Shown here: positions 12,175 through 24,542 of the stretch, in pieces
How the letters are laid out: the number at the start of each line of letters is the position of its first letter
Numbering within the stretch: position 1 is the first letter of the stretch
DNA from: Leucoraja ocellata
Taxonomy: Eukaryota
Direction: 5' to 3'
Length of the DNA stretch: 64,000 bases
NCBI GenBank assembly: GCA_036785375.1
Contig: JAWMAR010000054.1
Location: 3,658,001-3,722,000, forward strand
Position numbers and translations under genes: made by a program
The notes under the pieces: model-generated
What the model was told of the DNA's origin: nothing
Seen by the model: only the letters and a program-made list of their open reading frames with translations
Database searches by the model: none

Positions 12175-12629
12175 NNNNNNNNNNNNNNNNNNNNNNNNNN
12201 NNNNNNNNNNNNNNNNNNNNNNNNNNNNNNNNNNNNNNNNNNNNNNNNNNNNNNNNNNNNNNNNNNNNNNNNNNNNNNNNNNNNNNNNNNNNNNNNNNNN
12301 NNNNNNNNNNNNNNNNNNNNNNNNNNNNNNNNNNNNNNNNNNNNNNNNNNNNNNNNNNNNNNNNNNNNNNNNNNNNNNNNNNNNNNNNNNNNNNNNNNNN
12401 NNNNNNNNNNNNNNNNNNNNNNNNNNNNNNNNNNNNNNNNNNNNNNNNNNNNNNNNNNNNNNNNNNNNNNNNNNNNNNNNNNNNNNNNNNNNNNNNNNNN
12501 NNNNNNNNNNNNNNNNNNNNNNNNNNNNNNNNNNNNNNNNNNNNNNNNNNNNNNNNNNNNNNNNNNNNNNNNNNNNNNNNNNNNNNNNNNNNNNNNNNNN
12601 NNNNNNNNNNNNNNNNNNNNNNNNNNNNN
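12175..12629. other. Assembly gap (455 N)
   Basis: Run of N. Confidence 1.
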
Positions 12630-12949
12630 GGTCATTTATAGATTTAATTCTAACAGACGAGTGAATAGATTCCTATTTTTCGTAGGTTCATTGTTTTCTG
12701 GAATTGGTTCAAGAAGAGATCATTTTCCATTAGAAAATAGGAATTACTGAAAATTCGTGGCTGATAGGATGCATTCCCATCTCCAGAAGATTTGTATTCA
12801 CTTTTCTGTCAGCACATATGAATAGCTAATTGCAAATAACAATAGTTCTTTGACTCCCATAGAAGATGAGATGTCATTTGAATTGTGTGTTTTACATTCA
12901 ACAATTGTAGCAGTTGTAGCAGTAACAATTATTGTTTTTTTCCAACCAG

Positions 12950-13020
12950 GAAGCACAAAAAAAGGATGCGACTCTTTCAACTTTTCCCGAAAAGCTGAAG
13001 CATGTTCAGGCAGCAGCCAG
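12950..13020 (+). CDS. FHDC1: FHDC1 coding exon, EAQKKDATLSTFPEKLKHVQAAA(R)
   Basis: ccaaccag|GAA acceptor, gccag|gtaata donor; 71 nt, phase 0 to 2. Confidence 0.92.
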
Positions 13021-13925
13021 GTAATACAAGAGGGTTTGTTGTCTTTATATCATCTCCTTTCTCCCCTCCCCACTTCTCACGCACCAAAAATAGACGTCGG
13101 AAAACAAAGATGGCAGCAGCATTAGGGAATGATCGTCAAATTATAAATATGTCCCAAATATATTCTGAAGAATCCAGAATTTTTTTTTTCTGCAAACAGA
13201 TTTTGGAAGATGCACCTTTTTGTTTTGGTTCAGACGCACATTACAGATATTCCCACCTGCAGCTGAGTTTACTGAAATGTTTGTATTTGTCACATCTTTT
13301 TGTTTCCATCACGTACCTGCAGTCTACTATCTAAACATTCGTGTTCCTGAGCTTTGTTATTACCTGAATGTTTGTGCTGGAAAACTGCAGGTTCAGATCT
13401 GAGCAACTTTAGTGCAGGATAAACTCTTCAGCATTGTTAACAAATTCACTTTGTGAAGTCTGGCCAAGAAAGTACATGTTCATTCAATCCCTGATATGTT
13501 CACTGAGTCATGAACAAGATGTGTCGAGTCATGAGCAAGAGAAGTTAACATGCTAGATATTTCAATTTTACAATGCGGAGATGTGCACTTCAATTCCAGA
13601 ATCTTAACTTATTTTATACTAGAGCAAGTGAGACCCCAACGCTGGGAGGGGGGGGAGGGAGGGGGGGGGGAGGCACGGTGTCTCAGGGGAGACCTAAGTA
13701 GGCCACAACATTGTGGTTGACTCCTCACCGCCCTTCTGCTGTAAGAACAGAGTTAACTACGCTAGCCAAATCCTAAAGGATCAACCTGCCCGTTTGGATC
13801 TGTGGAGATAGTCAGCAAAATAGCACAAGTGATAATCCTACTTTTGTTCTCATCAGTCTACCAGTTGCGGGACCATCTATGTGTGATGGCAAGAATGGCC
13901 ATTGCATAGGTGTTGTAGAGACTAA

Positions 13926-14275
13926 AGGGCCTGTCCCACTTGTGTGTCCTTGGCATGCAAATTACACGACCTCATGGTTGCGTTGAGGCACACGGGCATC
14001 GTATGGCCGCGCGGGGCCGGTCCCATTGAGAAGCGCGGAGGGGTATGTAGTTGTGCGTGACATCGCGCGGGGCTCCGAAATTTTTGTAGCGATCAAAATC
14101 TTCGCGCGCCAACGGCCTGTCGCGGAACTGACGGCCAAAGTGGGACAGGCCCAAGACCCTGGCGCGACGCAACGTCTCACCAGAAGCAGGCAAACGATCG
14201 CCGAGCTCGGCCTGGGGCTCACGGCCGTTGCGGTCCGGATCCGCCCCCACTTCTACTCCCAGAGCGAGGCCAAGA
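13926..14275. mobile_element. PIF/Harbinger-like MITE, family A-related, truncated
   Basis: TAA|AGGGC-CTGTCCCAC; shares gcggggccggtccc..gacatcgcgcggggctccgaaa with 466-816. Confidence 0.65.
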
Positions 14276-14279
14276 AAAT

Positions 14280-14412
14280 TGAAGATGGACACAAAATGCA
14301 GGAGTAACTCAGTGGGACCGGCAGCATCTCTGGAGAGAAGCAATGGGTGACGTTTCGGGTCAAGACCCTTCTTTCAGACTGAAGAAGAGTCTCGACACGA
14401 AACGTCACCCAC
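14280..14412. mobile_element. Penelope terminal-repeat fragment, head-to-head inverted, carrying hammerhead-like cores on both strands
   Basis: gggtgacgtttcgggtcaagacccttctttcagACTGAAGAagagtctcgacacGAAACGTCaccc. Confidence 0.8.
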
Positions 14413-14904
14413 TCTTGGGAGGGCTGCCTCTCTTGAAAGGACTGTTGGTGTTCTTAGATGGTAGGAATGGAACTGGCAGAAGGAGTAGTGCTGCTCCTCA
14501 TGCAGTTTCCTAGTTCAGCCAAAGGGACTTTGACCCAGATGGCTACCTTCCTTTTTCTTTCTGCAGATTAACCCATAAGATGTAATTTTCAGTTAACCAA
14601 CTCTTTGTTTATGTTTACTAATGTGGTGCAAGTGGATAATATCCTAAAAATGAAGATCACTAAAATGTTAGCTGTTCCTTATTGTTATACTGCAATGCAT
14701 GCTGAATTTATAATCTACCGTTGTTTAGGATCCACAGTGGAGCTGCAAAAAGCAAAAATGGAAACAAGTTAGTATCCTTGCAAGATAAGCTGGTCATAGG
14801 AAAACCTTGTCTACAAGGACTGGTGACTAATTAGCAGTATTAATTTGCCAACATTTAAATAAGCGAAAACGGCATCAAAATTAGGTTTGGATACTTGATG
14901 GAAG

Positions 14905-15190
14905 TATAAAGGGTCAGCCATTTAGGACTGAGATGAGGAAAAACGTCTTCACCCACAGAGTTGTGAATCTGGAATTCTCTGCCACAGAAGGCAGGGGAGG
15001 CCAATTCATTGGATGTTTTCAAGAGAGAGTTAGATTTAGCTCTTAGGGCTGAGAGAATCATGGGATATGGGGAAAAAAGCAGGAACGGGGTATTGATTTT
15101 AGATGATCAGCCATGATCATATTGAATGGCGGTGCAGGCTCGAAGGGCCGAATGGCCTACTCCTGCACCTATTTTTCTATGTTTCTATGC
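14905..15190 (+). mobile_element. CR1 3' fragment
   Basis: CR1 3' UTR and ttctatgtttctatg tail. Confidence 0.88.
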
Positions 15191-15758
15191 TGTCTGACGC
15201 GTCCAGTATTTTCTGTTTATCTTTCATATTTACAGCATCTGCAAAAAATTTTTGTTTTCATGATACGTATCCTCATATCCCTGTATATCCCATGCTCCAT
15301 CATTACTATCCAGGGAATGTATTCTTGGTTCAATGAGAAGTGTAGCAGGGCAGGCCCAGAGCAGTCTAGGGATACCTAAATATAAGACCCCAACCCGACA
15401 AAGTTGAAGTCGGCCAATGCCTGTGTTAAATAGCACAAGTAACATGCTGTAGGGCAAAGTGACTTCATTAGCGATGGATCACGTCAAAGCTCTGCAGTCA
15501 TTCAAGTAGTGAAGAAGAAGGGTCTGGACCTGAAACATCACCCAGTCCTTCTCTCCGGAGATGCTTCCTGTCTCGCTGAGTTACTCCAGCATTTTGTGTC
15601 TGTAGTTCCTTCCTATACACTAACTATCAGCCAATCTACTCTCAGACATCAGCAAGGCAATGGAAGGTATCATTGGCACTTGCTCACCAGTTTCCTACAT
15701 AATACGACATAAATACCGAGGCAACAGTAGGAGGTCACACCTTATATATCCTGTAGAG

Positions 15759-16135
15759 CAGTGGTTCCCAACGTGGGGCGTACGCCCCACAGGGGGGCAA
15801 TTTGATTTTTAAGGGGGGCAATTGAGTGCGACTGAGGAGGTCTGGGTCCAAATTTTCGATTTTTATTTTTTTGGATTTTCCATCAGTTTTATGTAGTTTA
15901 TGTTTCAGGTGTTATTTTGAGTAAATAACTTTTTTGGGGGTAAAAAAGGTCTTTATTGTGTAGTTATTTTTTGAAGCTTGTTTAAACCAAGGTATTGGCG
16001 TTTTAAGCTTCTTCAGCTGAAACGGAGTTCATTTTTTAAATGATAAGAATTATATATCACCATATGGGGAGGGGGGCATCAGGATTTTAGAGGTGATTAG
16101 GTGGGGCATGGCCAATAAAAGGTTGGGAACCACTG
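15759..16135. mobile_element. hAT (Charlie-like) non-autonomous DNA transposon
   Basis: TIR CAGTGGTTCCCAAC...GTTGGGAACCACTG with perfect 8-bp TSD CTGTAGAG (15751-15758 and 16136-16143). Confidence 0.93.
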
Positions 16136-16579
16136 CTGTAGAGTGTGACGCACCTGTGAACTCCCATCTACCAGGTGTTAGTCAGGAGTTTAATAGAATA
16201 CACTCCACTCGCCTGGATGTATGCAACCCCAGCAGTACTGATGGTGCTCAACACCATTTAGAGCAAAGCAGTTCACTTGATTGTGGGGGGAGTGGGTAGA
16301 AAGCTGGAAGAGAGGAGGGGCAGGACAATATGTGGCAGGTAATAAATAGGTGAACACAGACAAAGGGGGGGGGGGGGGGGGGGGTTGATAGGCAGATGGT
16401 TTGAGAAAGGCAACAGATCTGCCTATCATCCCCTCATGCCTATGTTCACTTATTACCTGCCACACGTTGTCCCACCCCTCCTCTCTTCCAGCTTTCTCTT
16501 TCCCCCTCCTGCCAGGAAGAAGGATCCTGACCCGAAATGCCACTTGTCCATTTTCTCCAGGGAGGCTGCTTGACCTGGT

Positions 16580-17216
16580 GTGCTGGCCTTTTGGTGTGCT
16601 GGCCTTTATAAATCAGAGCATTGAGTATAGAAGTTGGGATGTAATGTTAAAATTGTATAAGGCATTGGTGAGGAGTATGGTGTACAATTTTGGTCGCCTA
16701 AGTATAGGAAGGATGTCAACAAAATAGAGAGAGTACAGAGGAGATTTACTAGAATGTTGCCTGGGTTTCAGCAACTAAGTTACAGAGAAAGGTTGAACAA
16801 GTTAGGGCTTTATTCTTTGGAGCGCAGAAGGTTAAGGGGGGACTTGATAGAGGTTTTTAAAATGATGAGAGGGATAGACAGAGTTGACGTGGACAAGCTT
16901 TTCCCACTGAGAGTAGGGAAGATTCAAACAAGGGGACATGACATGAGAATTAAGGGACTGAAGTTTAGGGGTAACATGAGGGGGAACTTCTTTACTCAGA
17001 GAGTGGTAGCTGTGTGGAATGAGCTTCCAGTGAAGGTGGTGGAGGCAAGTTTGTTTTTATCATTTAAAAATAAATTGGATAGTTATATGGATGGGAAGGG
17101 AATGGAGGGTTATGGTCTGAGCGCAGGTATATGGGACTAGGGGAGATTATGTGTTCGGCACGGACTAGAAGGGTCGAGATGGCCTGTTTCCGTGCTGTAA
17201 TTGTTATATGGTTATA
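16580..17216 (+). mobile_element. CR1 LINE 3' fragment, second subfamily (TTATATGG-type tail)
   Basis: ORF 16754..17140 MLPGFQQLSYRERLNKLGLYSLERRRLRGDLIEVFK; tail ttgttatatggttatat. Confidence 0.92.
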
Positions 17217-17284
17217 TGACCTGCTGAGTTACACCTGCATTTAGTGTTTTGTTTTTTTTGTAAACCAGCACCTGCAGTTCCTTG

Positions 17285-17468
17285 TTCAAGAAGGAACTGC
17301 AGATGCTGGAAGATCGAAGGTACACAAAATTGCTGGAGAAACTCAGCGGGTGCAGCAGCATCTATGGAGCAAAGGAAATAGGCGACGTTTCGGGCCGAAA
17401 CGTCGCCTATTTCCTTTGCTCCATAGATGCTGCTGCACCCGCTGAGTTTCTCCAGTAATTTTGTGTAC
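17285..17468. mobile_element. Palindromic Penelope terminal-repeat derivative
   Basis: About 75-bp near-perfect inverted arms centred on tttcgggccgaaa. Confidence 0.8.
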
Positions 17469-18573
17469 ATGCAGTTCCCTGTTTCTATCACCTGGTGGTT
17501 AGTCTCCAAAGTGCACATCATTCTGACATGGGAATATATCACTGCTCTTATACCAAAGTCTAAAACTTGGGCCTTACGACATAACCCTTTGCAGCATGAC
17601 AGCACCAGTTCACAAAGGCAACTCATGTTCCAAAACGTACATTTAAAAAAAAACTGGACAACTAAAAATGAGATAGACCATAGAAATGAAAACCATTCCT
17701 TGGCTGATAAATAATACTCATGAGTAAATTTGACTAAGAATTAAATAGTGGGAAATTGAGATTGTATCATTGTCAAAAAGGTGGATATGTTTGCCATTGG
17801 AGAGCTTGGTGACATAATATGCGCATTACATTTCAGAAAGTATGGTAGATATGCCTGGAATCAATAGCAACCTATAGGGTTTCAATCTAATATTCTTCCC
17901 ATAATTGTGATATTTCTATTTTCCAGCCTGCTTTGACATTAAACCTAATAATATTTCCAGAGTCCAGTAATTTCAGGATAACTAATTTAATTTATTACAG
18001 TATACTTTAAATTATATAAACACATAATAGTATGTCAAATGTCCTCATAATGTGTGATCCATTAATCTGTGTAGTCATTGGGAAGAAGGTTACACAAAAA
18101 GGAAGACAGGAGGTGTTGCATGTTGCTAACATCACATTTTTGGTATTTAAAAATTAAAATATGAAAACAAAATTTTTCAAAGGTAAAACTTAGATGCTTG
18201 GAATTCAGAAATTAACAAAAACATAGAGCAGATTAGTTAACATTTGATAACATTTTAACTCCTGAATTGTTCAATCCTTGCCTTTATTTATTACAGTAAT
18301 ACTGATTTGTTGTGGCTCTCCTTGCTTTTCCAAAGCAAATTAAACACAGATATATTAATTTGCATAATTATTGCTAGCTGTGGTTACATAATGGGATTCC
18401 TACACAACACCATAGCTACTCAATGGACATATTTAAACAATGGACTTGGTTGTTCTTTCCTTTAAAACACTGCATCTTACATTGTGGATCTGTTGTAGGT
18501 TGAGAGACAAGCCAGAAACAAACATTTTTATTTGGAAATTCTGACATGTTTTAAACATATATTTTCCTTCCAG

Positions 18574-18691
18574 ATTGTCCAGTGATAGCGTTAATGCCGA
18601 CCTACATTCACTTGACAGTAGAACAAAATCGATGCAAGTACATCTAAAGCAAGACGTTGACCTATTTCATCAAATGGAGGATTTCATTCAG
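18574..18691 (+). CDS. FHDC1: FHDC1 coding exon, LSSDSVNADLHSLDSRTKSMQVHLKQDVDLFHQMEDFIQ
   Basis: ccttccag|A acceptor, cag|gtgagc donor; 118 nt, phase 2 to 0. Confidence 0.92.
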
Positions 18692-18764
18692 GTGAGCCAG
18701 TATCTAATAGACAAACTAGTGCATGTCCAAATAACAGCAAGATGGAGTACAGTTTTAATTATTA

Positions 18765-19070
18765 CTAGACCAAGTGCAGACCCGTTGGGTCTGCTCCCCC
18801 AATGGTGTGATCCCCCAACCCAATATTCCACCATGCACCCGTCTCCTCCAATGGAACTGAAGCCGTTCTCAAAAGTAAGATTCCAGCACTCCCCTGCCTC
18901 TTTAAAAAAAATCCCTGCCTGCTGCAGCAGTGAAAAGTTCAGTGTTCCTGTCTTGCAACATTGTTTCGAAGTGTGTTGGAAGCTGAGGAAGGAGCAGCCG
19001 TCAACGAATCGAAAGGCAGGAAGGGATCCGTACTGCAGGCGGACTGATTTGAGTTTTATATATATATAGA
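18765..19070 (-). mobile_element. Non-autonomous Helitron
   Basis: Minus strand starts TCTATATA.., ends CAGACCCAACGGGTCTG (hairpin)-CACTTGGT-CTAG, inserted between A and T with no TSD. Confidence 0.88.
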
Positions 19071-20319
19071 TGGTGAGATGACTGCAGTTTATTTAAAAAC
19101 AGCATGGAATTCTAAGCTTCTGCGTTAGATTGCATGAGCTAGAAAAATTAACAAATGCAGGTCTGTTTGTTGCTCTGCTGGCAATCTTAATGTTCACACT
19201 GTACCTATCTCAAATGTCCAATGTTCTTCATGAGCTTTGTTTGAATTTATCGAGAATATTCAGAGTTTAGTTCTGGAGTACAATATTTATCCCACAACTG
19301 GGGTGATCAAATGACATACAATTGGTGTATACATTGGTGACTTGTGGCCATCTTCCCTTGTGTGGAATAAATCTATATTCATTGCCTAAACAAAGAACAT
19401 TCTGTTTCTCGCATAATTATAAGTATTAAATAACTGTTCAGAATTTTTGAAAGAGACCAAAAAGAACATGATTATTATGCTAACAAAATTTGGCAGCCAT
19501 TTTAAAAATTGGACTTTATTCAAAGTAACACAATAAATTCCAATCGTATTAGGTTAATGATAGAGCTAGAAAATTGTAGCTCTGTTAATGGCGGCACAAA
19601 GTTTGATCAGTAAGATTTAACTGTGCCAATTACAGGACAGAATCTTTGCTTATTCAACCTTTGCTGGATGTATCATTTAGAGCGTTTGATAGAGAATTCT
19701 ATTTCTGCTAGCAGTAGGGAAATGAATAATGTGTAAGACATGCCTAGGGAAGAAGTACTCATAAAATACGGGTGGTTAAAAAAAACCTCCAAAGGCTGTG
19801 GAGCCGGAGGATCTTGATTCAATGTTGTAGGATTTCCGAAAAAAAGTGATGGGGAGTTTGTGATTTTATTCTTGAATAATTTAACTCGCATTGAACACGA
19901 ACATAAGTAATAGGATCAGGAGCTGCCCTTGTGGTCCTCCAAGCTGGCTACACTATTGAATAAGGCAGTGGCTGATCTAATAATGATAAGATAATGATTT
20001 GCCTCATTTTCCGCAATCCCTCGCCTCCTCCTTCTTAAGAGTCAAGTTAAGAGTGTTTTATTGCCATTTGTCCCAGATAGAACAATGAAATTCTTACCTC
20101 CCCCCCCCCCCCCCCCCCCTCCTCCTCACATCTCATGATCATTAACTCGTCCATGGACAAGTAAAGTGTGCATCAGGGCCCTGAATAGATACAGTGAAAG
20201 TACCAGGCTATTTCACATTAGGCCAAAGTAATACCCAGATACATGAGGCTCATTATTTGCTTTAATTATTAAATTAATGATCAAGCTAGATAACAGGTAC
20301 TGGCTAACATTTCGTGTCA

Positions 20320-21598
20320 TCTATATATTACTAAAACTAAGATCTTGACCACTTTCTGACTTTCTGTTTCGTGATTTCTGAAAGAACGCCGCCACTTACG
20401 GCTGTGATTTTTGGCCACCTCGCTCAGAGTCCCTCTCCGCTGAGCTGGACCAGAGGATTTTTCCCATGGATGAAACATAAAAGAGTTATTAATGTTCAGA
20501 AAATGTTGATATTCTCTCTGCTGCCCCTGCTGGTGGGAGGGGGGAAGGGACTATAAAACCCGGAAGTGGTGTGCCTCAGTCAGTCTCTGCAAGATGGGGG
20601 AACTGAGAGGGTCACGTCTCTCAGTCTGAGCTGTGAATACCACTGAACACATGTCTACTAAACTGTGAGTGTGGTTTTACTTAACTTGAGTGCCCTTAAT
20701 GTGGTTTGAAAATGAAAATATGGTTGGTTTGAAGTAAAAGCACTGCAAATGGTTGGTGGGGGTTTGGGTTGAAGTTAAAAGCACTGTAAATAGTTGGTGG
20801 GGGTTTGGGTTGAGGTAAAGAGCAATGCAAATGGTTGTTTGGGGGTTTTGGGTTGAAGTAAAAAGCACTGCAAATGGTTGTTTGTCTAAACTTGACAACT
20901 TCCTGTTTGCACTGTATATTGATTTTAGATAAAAGGCTATCACCTATGGCTGTCATTTTTGGCCATCTGACTCAGTCCCCCTCTGCTCATCAGGTGCAGA
21001 GGATTCTTCCCATCAATGAAAAAATAAGTGTTATTAGTGTTTAAAAAATGTTGAGAATCTCTCTCCTGTCAATCACGCCATGAAGGCCACAGCTTTTCCA
21101 GTGGGAGGGGGAGGGATTATAAAAACCGGAAGTGTGGGTGGCTCAGTCCCTACATGATGGGGGAGGGAGAGGTCACAACTCTGAGCTGTGAATCAACTGA
21201 ACACACTGAATGTCTACTGAACTGTGAGTGTGGTGTTCTGTGTGGTTTTATGGTGGCCTTGCACCCTGCATGAAATGGTATGAAACTGCACGAATTTGGT
21301 GGCCTTGCACCCTGCTTGAAATGGAATTTCAAGGAATAGCCGTGAGTCAACTGCCATCCCACCAGCCGTGAGTGAGCTGCCAGCACATCAGGCTTGAGGG
21401 TCTGAGCTGCCACCCCAAGAATCCATTTGGCCCACAATGTCCATATTAGCCCTCGGGAGACCAGTCCCTTCAGCCCACAACACCCATACCAGCACTCCAG
21501 AAAGCCTGGAATTGTAATTGGTGGAGAGGTGGAATATTGCGTCGGGGGACCAGCCCTCCCGTGTGAACATGGGACCCAACTGGTCCCACTCAGTCTAG
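20320..21598 (+). mobile_element. Non-autonomous Helitron with internal ~290-bp duplication and ~40-bp tandem repeats
   Basis: A|TCTATATATTACTAAAAC ... GGGACCCAACTGGTCCC hairpin, ACTCAGT-CTAG|T; duplicated blocks about 20385-20675 and 20935-21235; tandem units about 20720-20880. Confidence 0.88.
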
Positions 21599-21873
21599 TT
21601 TGCTTCTAAAATCTTAATAACTATAATTTAGAAGAACAAGAAAGCTAGATTTTTTCAAAAACATCATCATTTAGATTACCTGATTTTAGGACATTATTGC
21701 AATGTAACCTGTATGCTGTTTGCAGATAATGATTTGTGAGAGATTCACTGTATCTTAATTGGTACACGTGGCAATAAAATACCTTTGAACTTTTTGAACC
21801 ATTGAGAATGAAGGCACAATGTTATTTCTGTTCATCGCGTGTTTGCTGATGTACTGTATATCTTACCCTGCAG

Positions 21874-22038
21874 CAAGGTTTGGGAGAAGTGGACAGATTA
21901 GAGGCACAACGGATGGAATTGCAGAGGGAAGCCAATACTCTCATTGATTTCTTCTGTGAAGACAAAGAAACAATGAAATTAGAAGAATGCTTCAAAATTT
22001 TCCAAGACTTTTGTGATAGATTCAAAAAAGCTGTCAAG
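21874..22038 (+). CDS. FHDC1: FHDC1 coding exon, QGLGEVDRLEAQRMELQREANTLIDFFCEDKETMKLEECFKIFQDFCDRFKKAVK (end of FH2)
   Basis: ccctgcag|CAA acceptor, aag|gtaagt donor; 165 nt, phase 0; FH2 C-terminal motif FFCED...F.IF.DF. Confidence 0.94.
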
Positions 22039-22044
22039 GTAAGT

Positions 22045-22158
22045 GGGCCCGAAACGTTGCCTATTTCCTTCGCTCCATAGATGCTGCTGCACCCGCTGAG
22101 TTTCTCCAGCTTTTTTGTGTACCTTCGATTTTCCAGCATCTGCAGTTCCTTCTTAAAC
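22045..22158 (+). mobile_element. Penelope terminal-repeat fragment directly after an FHDC1 splice donor
   Basis: gggcccgaaacgttgcctatttcc..ccagcatctgcagttccttctt; reverse complement of about 17288-17396. Confidence 0.82.
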
Positions 22159-22243
22159 ACAACTACGCTGACTTGCCTGTGAACCATTTTGTCGGCTTTT
22201 GGAATGAGGGATTTCTGATTGCCTCACTGTCACCAAATATATA

Positions 22244-22258
22244 CAGTAGATGGCGCTG
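22244..22258 (+). promoter_or_regulatory. CTCF-like motif CAGTAGATGGCGCTG
   Basis: Close match to CTCF core CCASYAGRKGGCRSY in non-repeat intron sequence. Confidence 0.55.
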
Positions 22259-22361
22259 TTTACTGAATAATTAAAGGAAAGCTCTCATAACTCTGAAACC
22301 TAAAATCTGAAGCAAATCTTAAAATAAGATAACAACCAAATGTATTGTAAGTGCAGCTGAG

Positions 22362-22840
22362 TAGACAATAGACAAATAGGTGCAGGAGTAGACCATTCGG
22401 CCCTTCAAGCCAGCACCGCCATTCAATGTGATCATGGCTGATCATCCCCAATCAGTACCCCGTTCCTGCCTTCGCCCCATATCCCCTGACTCCGCTATTT
22501 TCAAGAGCCCTATCTAGCTCTCTCTTTAAAGCATCCAGAGAACCTGCCTTCACCGCCCTCTGAGGCAGAGAATTCCACAGACTCGCCACTCTCTGTGAGA
22601 AAAAAGTGTTTCCTCGTCTCCATTCTAAATTGCTTACTCCTTATTCTTAAACTGTGGCCCTGGACTCCCCCAACATCGGGAATATGTTTCCTGCCTCTAG
22701 CGTGTCAAAGGCCTTAACAATCTTATATGTTTCAATGAGATTTCCTCTCATTCTTCTAAACTCCAGAGTGTACAAGCCCAGCTGCTCCATTCTCTCAGCA
22801 TATGACAGTCCCGCCATCCCAAGAATTAACCTTGTAAACC
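22362..22840 (-). mobile_element. CR1 3' fragment
   Basis: Reverse complement of the CR1 3' end with agacaatagac tail. Confidence 0.9.
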
Positions 22841-23924
22841 TATGAATAAGAATGATGAATGAATAAGTTTATTGGCCAAGTATTCCCATACAAGGAATTT
22901 GCCTTGGTGCTCTGCCCGCAAGTGACAACATGACATACAGTGACAGTTAGGAATGACACATAAAACATTAAACATTAATAATAAAACATTATTGATTAAA
23001 CATGTGAATTCAATAAAATACCAGAGCAAAAGGAGGCTACAGATTTTTGGTTATTGAGTAGAGCTACTACTCGTGGGGAAAAAAAGCTGTTTTTATGCCT
23101 GGCTGTGGCAGCTTTGACAGTACGGTATCAGACAACCAAAAAATCAGCCTTCATTTGAAAAACATTTGAGGTTGATGTTGCAATTGGTGCATGCCCCGTC
23201 TCGGACCGACAATGAAACATCGACTGGACATCGCTCTGCGTTGACTGAGGTTTCTCAAGCTGGGCAGCTCCAGGTGTTTTACTGGCTTTGCTGCAGGTGA
23301 GAGAAAGGAGCCATCGTCTCCAGTCCTGATGCTAATCAGTGACTCAAACTAATATTTTATGTAGACAGACATTCTTCAAGGACAAAATCTAGATCAGTTA
23401 TGATTACAGATCATGAATCAAAACAAAAATCCTGTCTGATTTAATGCACAACTTAAAATAACATTTTGGTCAATGAACATTAGAGGGAATAGCTATAAGG
23501 TGGGAGGGTAATGTTTAGCCTGATCACTGCCAAGTTATTCTTCACTATTGGCCATGAGCCTTGTATATCCACCACATATCATATCAGTGTGTCCATAATG
23601 AAGATGTGTGGGGCAAGGTTTTACACAGAGAGTGGTGGAAGACCTGGAACACAAGGCCAAGGGTGGTGGTGGAGGCAGCAGAGATGATAGTGGTGTTTGA
23701 GGCTTTTGCATAGACACTTAGAAGTGCAGGAAATAAAGGAATATGGATCATGTACAGGCAGATGTGATCAGTTTAACTTGGCATCATGTTTAGCTCAAAC
23801 ATGGTGGCCTGAAGGGTTCCTTCCTGGGCTGTTCTGTTCTGTTCTATTAATTATTATCTATAGAATGGAGAAGGGCCCACTGAATCACACTTGTAAATTC
23901 CATCCTGCCCAAAGACCATAAGAC

Positions 23925-24542
23925 TAATCAGAGCATTGAGTATAGAAGCTGGGATGTAATGTTAAAATTGTACAAGGCATTGGTGAGACCAAATCTGGAG
24001 TATGGTGTACAATTTTGGTTGCCTAATTATAGGAAGGATGTCACCAAAATAGAGAGAGTACAGAGGAGATTTACTAGAATGTTGCCTGGGTTTCAACAAC
24101 TAAGTTACAGAGATGGGTTGAATAAGTTAGGTCTTTATTCTCTGGAGCGCAGAAGGTTAAGGGGGGACTTGATAGAGGTCTTTAAAATGATGAGAGGGAT
24201 AGACAGATTTGATGTGGACAAGCTTTTCCCTTTGAGAATAGGGAAGATTCAAACAAGAGGACATGACTTCAGAATTAAGGGACAGAAGTTTAAGGGTAAC
24301 ATGAGGGGGAACTTCTTTACTCAGAGAGTGGTAGCTGTGTGGAATGAGCTTCCAGTGGAAGTGGTGGAGGCATGTTCGTTGGTATCATTTAAAAATAAAT
24401 TGGATAGGCATATGGATGAGAAGAGAATGGAGGGTTATGGTATGAGTGCAGGCAGGTGGGACTAAGGGAAAAAAAATTGTTCGGCACGGACTTGTAGGGC
24501 CGAGATGGCCTGTTTCCGTGCTGTAATTGTTATATGGTTATA
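23925..24542 (+). mobile_element. CR1 LINE 3' fragment, second subfamily
   Basis: ORF 23959..24465 MLKLYKALVRPNLEYGVQFW..; near-identical to 55376-55989 (-). Confidence 0.93.

Noticed and set aside
12012-12750. Long ORFs of 166-237 aa in the ORF track
   Set aside because: Artefacts of translating through the 455-N gap
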